Assembly: GCA_031429075.1 (NCBI GenBank)
Contig: JANOYW010000005.1
Coordinates: 6,900 to 70,899 of the forward strand
Direction: 5' to 3'
DNA: 64,000 nt
Source: Bdellovibrionales bacterium
GTDB taxonomy: Bacteria > Bdellovibrionota > Bdellovibrionia > Bdellovibrionales > JAGQZY01
The notes under the pieces are model-generated. The model was not told the origin of the DNA and did not search any database. It saw only the letters and a program-made list of their open reading frames with translations. Both the position numbers and the translations under genes were made by a program. Of the stretch, positions 17,559 to 24,117 are shown piece by piece. The stretch's first letter is position 1, and every line of letters begins with the position of its first letter.

Positions 17559-17866
17559 GGCGATAACGCCTGCTGTGGCTGACCAATGATAAGTTTGTAA
17601 GAGCCATTGACCATGGTGGTATTGTCGTAGTGGTTCAGGCCAACCGCCATGATGTAGGTTTGCCCTCCACCACTTCCGGTGATTAAATTGTTTCCGCCTA
17701 AAAATTGTTTTGGTGGTACGAGCAAACTTTGTGTTGTTGGAGTCGTTGGGGTCGTCGGTGTCGTGGGTACAGTCGTGGTTGGAACCTGCTCAATCGAGCC
17801 CTTTGATCCACACGAAATGGAAATGAGTGATATCAACAAAGCGGAGACAAACATTAACTGATTCAT
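17555..17866 (-). CDS. Small lipoprotein with (TTP)n linker, co-transcribed with the fibre gene
   Basis: Lipobox-like LISISC, a TTVPTTPTTPTTPTT linker, and a 4-nt ATGA overlap with the fibre gene start. Confidence 0.55.
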   Translation of the reverse strand: MNQLMFVSALLISLISISCGSKGSIEQVPTTTVPTTPTTPTTPTTQSLLVPPKQFLGGNNLITGSGGGQTYIMAVGLNHYDNTTMVNGSYKLIIGQPQQALSP

Positions 17867-17974
17867 CCGGTCAAATCCCTTCGACGTTCCTAATCAACTT
17901 ATCGGTAAAAATGTAGAACTAATGAACAATTTCTCAAAATTAAACGTTTTATTTCATTGTACCGATAAAACGAT

Positions 17975-18757
17975 ATGGTCCATTTTAAGTCGTTGGTTCT
18001 CTTTATTGTATTGTCCCTGCTATGGACCAAAGCCTATGCGACGCGCCTGAATAGCACGTTCATCCCTTACAACAAGTACTCGGTCCTCGCATTGGACTTT
18101 GGTACTCACTTTATGCAGAACACAGTGAGCGGGCCTTCAGTGATCGATTTAGAATACAAAGATCTCCAAGTTACAGACTTCGCTCTTTATTATGAGCATA
18201 GAATTTTAAATGATTGGGGCTATGCCTTAAGTTATAGTTCGAGTTCAGGTACGACTGAAATTGAAGCCGTCACTTTCGTGCCATCCACATATAAATTCAC
18301 CTCCTACATTGTAGAAATTTATTCCTATTCGCAACTGGGTAAAAGGCACCATTGGGCCGCTGGACCAAAGGTAGGGCTTGATTATTCGGACCGCCCATTT
18401 GTCAGTGCGGACACTTCGACCACCGCGCAGATTTATAAAATGCAAACCATCTCTCCACTCGTCGGATTCTTTGTGGATTGGCAATCTGAAAATTGGTTAT
18501 GGGCTTTTAATTTGAGTTATCGTTATCCTCTTTTTACGCTCATCAACACGGGAGACATCAGCTGGCAAAGCAAAATAGCTATCAAAACCAGTATTGAGGT
18601 TTCTTACGCTTTAAGTCGCTCCGTGCGGGCGGGACTTACTTGGCAAGGTGTCGCTAACAACAGTAGTTTTGATTTCACTTCAGGAGCAACGAGTTCCAGT
18701 GGTGATGAAGAATTGTTTATTTCCACAACGTCCATTCAGCTCAATTTTCTTTTTTAA
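17975..18757 (+). CDS. Putative outer-membrane beta-barrel protein
   Basis: Signal peptide (TKAYA), alternating beta-strand-like pattern, and a C-terminal IQLNFLF with terminal Phe typical of OMPs. Confidence 0.5.
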   Translation: MVHFKSLVLFIVLSLLWTKAYATRLNSTFIPYNKYSVLALDFGTHFMQNTVSGPSVIDLEYKDLQVTDFALYYEHRILNDWGYALSYSSSSGTTEIEAVTFVPSTYKFTSYIVEIYSYSQLGKRHHWAAGPKVGLDYSDRPFVSADTSTTAQIYKMQTISPLVGFFVDWQSENWLWAFNLSYRYPLFTLINTGDISWQSKIAIKTSIEVSYALSRSVRAGLTWQGVANNSSFDFTSGATSSSGDEELFISTTSIQLNFLF

Positions 18758-18930
18758 GCCTGTAATTATTTAAATCTTAAAATTCCACCTTCCCAAAAAA
18801 AACGATTCTCGAATACAACTGGGGAATCAACGTCGAACATAAATGACTTTTATGAAACACCTTATTTTTGCACAAAGGAGTGGTTGAAATCGACGATAGC
18901 GAAATCGGTGCCGCTTCGAAATGGATGCAG

Positions 18931-18980
18931 CAGAACATTGGTAACTTTATTCTGTCCGTTGGATCGTTGAATTACATTGG
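18931..18980. repeat. Direct repeat R5, right copy
   Basis: 47/50 identical to 13707-13756. Abuts R4 copy c three nt later. Confidence 0.85.
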
Positions 18981-18983
18981 AAT

Positions 18984-19085
18984 ACCTTGTGTTTTTGGAA
19001 CAGGCCACGGAGCTTCCTGCCCTTGCTGTGGCCGATACTCGTCGGCTGACTAGAAATATTCGCGCCGCCGCTGACTTACGGACGC
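18984..19085. repeat. Repeat R4, copy c (orphan 3' end)
   Basis: About 91/100 identity to 8781-8880. Encodes YLVFLEQATELPALAVADTRRLTRNIRAAADLRT in the R4a frame. 7 of 9 differences are synonymous. Confidence 0.8.
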
Positions 19086-19254
19086 AGAGTTGAACCTGGA
19101 CGTGATCCTTCGCTGTACTCAGGATGACGGGTTTGAGAAGAATTTGCACTGGCGATAATTTTTCGAGCGGTAATAACTACATAGCCTCCAGGACTTCCAC
19201 TTTTCGTAGACCGCTTTGTGTCTTTTGCATAGCTTGCTGCTTGGAGTTCTTAAT

Positions 19255-20721
19255 ATGCTGGCCAAACACAACATCAAGCAAACTTTTGTGATTTTGATAT
19301 TTGCACTTTTTCAATTTGTTGGATTTTCGGCGACAGCCGAAAATTCGTGCGTTCGCGTTTTTGAGCAATCATCAAGAAAGCAATCATCCAGAAATGTGTC
19401 GGACTCAACTGAAGAGTACCTTCGCACGACACTCTTCAGCCTCGAAAAAATGCGAGGGGAAAACGGTTTAGTTAAAGATGCGGTCATTCTACGACGTTCC
19501 CCAAGTGGGAAAGTTCGAGTCGAAACGCTCAACCCCGATACGTCACCCACGAATATCGCTGTGGATCTCCTCATTCAGATCGAGCTCATTCAAAGAGATC
19601 CAAAAAACTCTGCAACTTTTTTTTCGACGCTCAATCAAATTGTAGAAACTTTAGAAAATGTTCCCCATCATCAACAGACAGGTTTATTTTACAGCCGCTA
19701 CACCACGGAAACGCGCACCCAAGTTGCCGACCGCAACGTATCATCTATCGATAACCTACATCTCGCTTTAGCTTTATGGACTTTAAAGGAGACTGTAACC
19801 ACGACATCATTGTCCCAGCGTGCTGAAGGACTTTTGAATAGAATGGATTTTTCTGCTTACTATGATCCTGCCAGCGGATTGATTGGCGGTAATTTAAGGT
19901 ACGCAAATAAAGTTTGGATCAGGGAAAGTTATAACTTTGCTAATCTGGGATCGGAAGCGCGTGCGCTTTACATTTTAGGGCCCGCTTTAGGACTTTTTCG
20001 TAAGTTAAAAACAGACGAGGCCTTTTTCAGGCGGGCATTGTCCGCCCTGAAAATCGAGATGGTAGGCGCTGGCGACGTAGCTGCTTTGCGCCTTTGGGAT
20101 GGCGCTGCCTTTCAATTGTTTTTTCCAAAGATTTTTATAAACGAAGAACTCTACTCTCCTCGATTTCGACAAATGTTCGTTCGCGCTGGTGATTTGATGG
20201 TTGAAGAGGGTCAGCGAAGAGGTCTAGCGACGCCGGCCGCCCATTCCCCAAGTTTTGTTTTTAATGAATCGACGTCTTCGAGTTTGTCTGAATTTCGTTA
20301 CAAAGATAAAACGGGAAATTTGGTCGTTGTGAGCACCGATGCTCGCGACAAACATGATGCAACCTTGGCTATGGAATGGGAAAGTACTTTTACTCCGTAT
20401 GCGCTGTTTATGGCCGCAACGGCAAATCCCTCTAGGATCTTGCCATTCTTCCACGGCATTGAGTCTTTAGGATCAGGCAACAGCAAACTTTATGATCGCG
20501 TGTTTGGATGGATGGATGCGTACCATCTTGAGGGAAATTACACCAATCAAGCTGTACCGGTACAACTTGCACTCAACCAAGGCATGATCGCACTTTCGTT
20601 ACTGCAAATAGGTTCGGTGGACGGGCTGAGCCCTAGCGGACGCGCGCTTTGGCGAAATGCAGAAGTTCGTACAACTTTAGCGATGTTTTATCAATGGCTC
20701 GATCAGAAACTTGCTGAATAA
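19255..20721 (+). CDS. Secreted protein, possibly (alpha/alpha)6 glycoside-hydrolase-like (DUF3131/beta-glucanase-like recall, weak)
   Basis: Signal peptide from Met14 (MLAKHNIKQTFVILIFALFQFVGFSATA). Motifs TSPTNIAVDLL and SIDNLHLALALW are reminiscent of glucoamylase-fold families. Not verified. Confidence 0.35.
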   Translation: MLAKHNIKQTFVILIFALFQFVGFSATAENSCVRVFEQSSRKQSSRNVSDSTEEYLRTTLFSLEKMRGENGLVKDAVILRRSPSGKVRVETLNPDTSPTNIAVDLLIQIELIQRDPKNSATFFSTLNQIVETLENVPHHQQTGLFYSRYTTETRTQVADRNVSSIDNLHLALALWTLKETVTTTSLSQRAEGLLNRMDFSAYYDPASGLIGGNLRYANKVWIRESYNFANLGSEARALYILGPALGLFRKLKTDEAFFRRALSALKIEMVGAGDVAALRLWDGAAFQLFFPKIFINEELYSPRFRQMFVRAGDLMVEEGQRRGLATPAAHSPSFVFNESTSSSLSEFRYKDKTGNLVVVSTDARDKHDATLAMEWESTFTPYALFMAATANPSRILPFFHGIESLGSGNSKLYDRVFGWMDAYHLEGNYTNQAVPVQLALNQGMIALSLLQIGSVDGLSPSGRALWRNAEVRTTLAMFYQWLDQKLAE

Positions 20722-20727
20722 ATTTTA

Positions 20728-20859
20728 TTACTTTTCGTAAACATCAAAGCAAACCATTTTGCCTTCCACGCTACGGCGGGGCTTGTAGCCACACAGCCAA
20801 TCACTCTGGATCGCCCACTGATATTTAGCCAGGCTAGCTCGTTGACGCACGTTCATCAT
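20728..20859 (-). CDS. Small ORF (43 aa) directly downstream of the 216-aa gene
   Basis: My own translation: MMNVRQRASLAKYQWAIQSDWLCGYKPRRSVEGKMVCFDVYEK. Begins 10 nt after the stop of 20870-21520. No clear SD. Below the 60-aa cut-off of the ORF track. Confidence 0.25.
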   Translation of the reverse strand: MMNVRQRASLAKYQWAIQSDWLCGYKPRRSVEGKMVCFDVYEK

Positions 20860-20869
20860 ATTTCGTTAT

Positions 20870-21520
20870 TTAAGAAGCTGAGTCGACACTCATCACCAGT
20901 TTATATTCGTTAAAAACACGATGCGCAGATGGATAACTACAGCCCGTTATTTTTGAAATGCGATTCGGATTTTCAATCCCCATTTCGATAGCGGTAATTA
21001 TGTCCGCTCTCCAGTTTGCACCATATTTGAAGCGATTTTTGTATTGGTGATTCCGTTCGATAAGGCGTAAGGGCGTTGCTACATCTGATTCGCGGACGCG
21101 AAAAGAACCTTTTGAAATAATAAATCCAGTTTTTTTAAATATTTCTTCTCTCCCCTTATATTCAGCGGCTTGCTTTGCCATCTTCATCGGCACTAGCGCA
21201 TGCTCACCTTGTATTTTTTCGATGAGCCTCGACCAGTTTAACATTCCTTCACTCACAGCAAAGTGTGAAAGCGCTATTAACCAAACCGACTTTTTCTTTT
21301 TTTGCAACTTCATGAGTTTTTCTATTATAACATGTCGACCGTGAACTTTAATCCAACTGCAAAGCACCAAAAAAACACGGGCGTCATTGACCCCTTCAAA
21401 ACTTCCTTCATAGATCGTCTCTTCAATATCCACCCAATCGCCTTCTTTGATGTCTCCAGAGGAACTCGTAAGGTTTATACCTATATAGACGAGCTTTTGA
21501 TCAATCGAGTAATTATCCAT
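20870..21520 (-). CDS. Uncharacterised 216-aa protein with C-terminal HTH-like segment, partner of the upstream NTase
   Basis: The C-terminus RADIITAIEMGIENPNRISKITGCSYPSAHRVFNEY looks like an HTH. One weak Rx5H string (RLIERNH). 8-nt overlap (ATGGATAA) with the upstream gene. No family recognised. Confidence 0.45.
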   Translation of the reverse strand: MDNYSIDQKLVYIGINLTSSSGDIKEGDWVDIEETIYEGSFEGVNDARVFLVLCSWIKVHGRHVIIEKLMKLQKKKKSVWLIALSHFAVSEGMLNWSRLIEKIQGEHALVPMKMAKQAAEYKGREEIFKKTGFIISKGSFRVRESDVATPLRLIERNHQYKNRFKYGANWRADIITAIEMGIENPNRISKITGCSYPSAHRVFNEYKLVMSVDSAS

Positions 21521-22040
21521 GCAGCAGCTCTTTTAAAATTAAAAATTGTTTTTCGACAAAGTCTGGCCAACCGGGGTTTGCGTCTCGCAACTTCACCCAA
21601 GACATTGAATCTGCTAATTCCTGGACAGTCGGTTTAAGAATCAATAGATCTTTGAGATCTGGTAAATTTCTGTCGCAATAGGCGTAGAGTTTGGTTTTTA
21701 AGAAATCCGGTCTTCCCAGTGTTTGTAATTTTAAATTTTTACCATCAAAAGCAGGCTGAAGACGATCTCTCCATGAATCTGGTAATTCATTAAGTAAGGA
21801 TATTGGTCCATTATTAAACCAATTATGATCTAGATTTAAATGTTTATTTTTATCCGCAAACTCAATGGAGGCTTTTTTTATCTCGTCAGGAATTTTTGGA
21901 GAGAGACAATCTACATCACGCGTAAGCCGTGTTGTAATTTCTAAAATTACCAAGGCCGCTCCGCCGATAATTATGCCTTCGTAGCTCAGCTTTTGTAGCC
22001 CCAAGTATTGATCAAATTCTTTGATGGCTTGATCTATCAT
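21513..22040 (-). CDS. Small nucleotidyltransferase-fold protein (175 aa), uncharacterised
   Basis: IIIGGAALVILEITTRLTRDVDCL fits the GG.AL ... TRDxD NTase signature. The later KLYAYCDRNLPDLKDLLIL parallels KLDAFRDRG ... HDLEDIITL of the 6315-7031 protein. Confidence 0.6.
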   Translation of the reverse strand: MIDQAIKEFDQYLGLQKLSYEGIIIGGAALVILEITTRLTRDVDCLSPKIPDEIKKASIEFADKNKHLNLDHNWFNNGPISLLNELPDSWRDRLQPAFDGKNLKLQTLGRPDFLKTKLYAYCDRNLPDLKDLLILKPTVQELADSMSWVKLRDANPGWPDFVEKQFLILKELLHG

Positions 22041-22077
22041 CTTTTTCCTATCGTCATTTTAATTATATTACTGAAAT

Positions 22078-22096
22078 ATATACTACCATAGTATAT
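22078..22096. promoter_or_regulatory. 8-bp inverted repeat upstream of the 175-aa NTase gene
   Basis: ATATACTA cca TAGTATAT, about 40 nt upstream of the 22040 start. Confidence 0.35.
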
Positions 22097-22185
22097 CTAT
22101 TTAGCAAAATCTTGTATAATTTTTAAATTAAGCGTGTGGATTTAGATAGTTACTGTATGTCGAGCTTATACTTTAAAGGCAAAAG

Positions 22186-22488
22186 CTAACCATGCTTCCT
22201 GAATTTTTTGACGCGTTTTTCGAGGGCGAGTAATTCGTTATCTTTAGCAAAAGACCCATTTGGATATAAAAATATCGAAGGATGGACATTAAAGACGATC
22301 GCAAAGATCTCCGCGTAATGCTGAGTTACAGCAATCTTATCGTTTTCCAGGGAACTTAAATTTGTTATTTGTATTTTAGTAAGCTCGCTCACTTGTTCAA
22401 GAGTCATATTTTCGCGTTTGCGAAACGCTCGAACCATTTGTCCTGGCGACGATTCTTGCGGAACTAATTCACTTAAAATATCCATCAT
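22186..22488 (-). CDS. XRE-family HTH antitoxin (HigA-like), second module
   Basis: MTLEQVSELTKIQITNLSSLENDKIAVTQHYAEIFAIVF is a Cro/C1 HTH. The ATG at 22488 gives a 4-nt ATGA overlap with the upstream toxin stop. Confidence 0.75.
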   Translation of the reverse strand: MMDILSELVPQESSPGQMVRAFRKRENMTLEQVSELTKIQITNLSSLENDKIAVTQHYAEIFAIVFNVHPSIFLYPNGSFAKDNELLALEKRVKKFRKHG

Positions 22489-22790
22489 CCTGCGACCCAT
22501 AAGTCCTCTGCTGTGATCCGAACGACACGGACAACGACCACGTCGTGTTCAATCCGATAAATCAAGCGTCCTTTAAAGGAAAACGTCATCGATCTGTGTC
22601 CTTTCCATTTGCCCATAAGTTCGTGGTCTCGCCAGGTTCTGTTCAGTTGAGTGGCCTCAATACCGAGAGTTTCAACTTCTGATACCCATTTTTTAAGTAT
22701 AGAAATATCACCGGTGTTAATAAGACCTTTTTTGAAGGTCTCACGAAGTTCAGTTTCCGAATTCGCGGTCAGTTCGACTCGCCAGCCCAC
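22485..22790 (-). CDS. RelE/ParE-superfamily toxin (YafQ/HigB-like), apparently intact
   Basis: WRDHELMGKWKGHRSMTFSFKGRLIYRIEHDVVVVRVVRIT matches the DHxLxGxWxGxR ... RLIY core of this toxin superfamily. GTG start. Toxin-first gene order. Confidence 0.6.
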   Translation of the reverse strand: MGWRVELTANSETELRETFKKGLINTGDISILKKWVSEVETLGIEATQLNRTWRDHELMGKWKGHRSMTFSFKGRLIYRIEHDVVVVRVVRITAEDLWVAG

Positions 22791-22878
22791 TGTGGCTACT
22801 TATATAAGAAGATAAGTTATATTTTTATATAAATCAATAAATTGTTTACTTATGGAGATGCAAAGCTTGATAGCGGAA

Positions 22879-22902
22879 TTGCGGACCAACTGATTTAAAA
22901 CC
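22879..22902. repeat. Repeat R4, copy d (terminal 24 nt only)
   Basis: TTGCGGACCAACTGATTTAAAACC is identical to the last 24 nt of R4a (8874-8897). Confidence 0.8.
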
Positions 22903-23123
22903 TTATGTGATTTAACCCTCAAACTGCTCAGCCCGTGGGTCGGATGTTGCGCGATTCGTTATTAAACTCTCTAGATTTTTCGAAGCATTTATGATTACCT
23001 GCTGCGGACTTTGAGGACGTGAATCCAGTGAGAGTCTGGAACTGTCGTGCAACGGTAAGCGGTTTTTAACCGATAAGTCCGATCCCCTCAAAAGCTGCAT
23101 CTCACACGTTATGAGGAATCAAA

Positions 23124-24011
23124 ATGCTTTTGCGCTTTTCATTTAAGCTTTTCGCTCTATCTTTATTTTTTATCTCTTACGCTCAGGTCAATGCGGCTAC
23201 CCAGATAACTAGCAAGATAAGCTGTGTTGAGATTTTCGATAGCGAATTGAACCAAGCTGAATTCGCGAGTCGGCAAATTGTCGCGCAAAAGATCGCGCAA
23301 AAAATCAGCCACGAAGCGAGTGCGCTTGCTGAGGTCGATCTTGCTAAAAAAGGAATCTCCGGCCCGCAGAAACGCGGTTATGCCATCCTCATCGGTTCAA
23401 TGATTGGAAGCGCGGCCCTCACAACTTACGTTGGATCCCATCTCAGTTCCGATCTTCAGTTTTTGTCCATCTTCCTCGCTCAAGTCTCCACACTGGGAGT
23501 CTACGTGGTCGGTGCGCCGATATGGGAGCCGATTTCTTCGCGATTTCGACAAATGGCATTTGGCATTGGTAAAGATTCATCGCTCGATGCCGTCGGCTTA
23601 AATCCGCAGCTCGAAGCGACCTGGCTTCGAACGCAAGAAAACTACAGCCTTAATGCGCAGATGAGCCGTAACATCATCACCCAGTTTATTGTTTCCGTAA
23701 AACAGAACTTCTACGAGGCACAGCGTGCTTACTCGACAAGTGACAACAATTTTTCGGCGGACCAAGTTGCCGAGGCTGCATTTCGACTGAGGCTTCTCTT
23801 CAAGGAAATCAGCCCCGATGACGTCTCGGTTGCGGCTGCTATAAATTCTGCTTTTACGAATCACATTGTAGTTGATTCGACCTTTGTCGAATTGGTTTGG
23901 AGCAAAATAAGAATTCTAGATCCAAACTTCGATTTAGTTGAAAACCGCCAGTACTACCGTTTGGCGCTTCAATCCTGGTTGAAGATGCCAGGGAACCAAA
24001 TTCCCGATTAA
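23124..24011 (+). CDS. Hypothetical secreted/membrane protein
   Basis: Signal peptide (AQVNA) and two central hydrophobic helices. No family recognised. Confidence 0.5.
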   Translation: MLLRFSFKLFALSLFFISYAQVNAATQITSKISCVEIFDSELNQAEFASRQIVAQKIAQKISHEASALAEVDLAKKGISGPQKRGYAILIGSMIGSAALTTYVGSHLSSDLQFLSIFLAQVSTLGVYVVGAPIWEPISSRFRQMAFGIGKDSSLDAVGLNPQLEATWLRTQENYSLNAQMSRNIITQFIVSVKQNFYEAQRAYSTSDNNFSADQVAEAAFRLRLLFKEISPDDVSVAAAINSAFTNHIVVDSTFVELVWSKIRILDPNFDLVENRQYYRLALQSWLKMPGNQIPD

Positions 24012-24077
24012 GTACTTGCGCCAGCGTTTGGTCCTGACTCATCCACAATTACCACCACTTAACGATTAAACTATTAT

Positions 24078-24096
24078 CTAAAAGCTTAAATTCACA
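24078..24096. repeat. Direct repeat R1, right copy
   Basis: Exact 19-nt match to 856-874. Confidence 0.85.
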
Positions 24097-24117
24097 GCCA
24101 AGTTATAGTTTTAAACG

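Noticed and set aside
21039-21059. HEPN toxin assignment for the 216-aa protein based on RLIERNH
   Set aside because: A single Rx5H string without the surrounding RNxxxH/aromatic context is too weak. It is kept only as a hypothesis to test within the finding, not as an annotation.
6311-22902. Integron-like gene-cassette array, with R3/R4 acting as attC sites and the integrase fossil as intI
   Set aside because: The repeats lack the RYYYAAC ... GTTRRRY core pairs and any convincing imperfect-palindrome attC structure. Cassettes are in mixed orientations. Two repeat families are clearly gene 3' ends with synonymous divergence. The recombinase fragment is too short to class as IntI. The tandem-integration model fits better.
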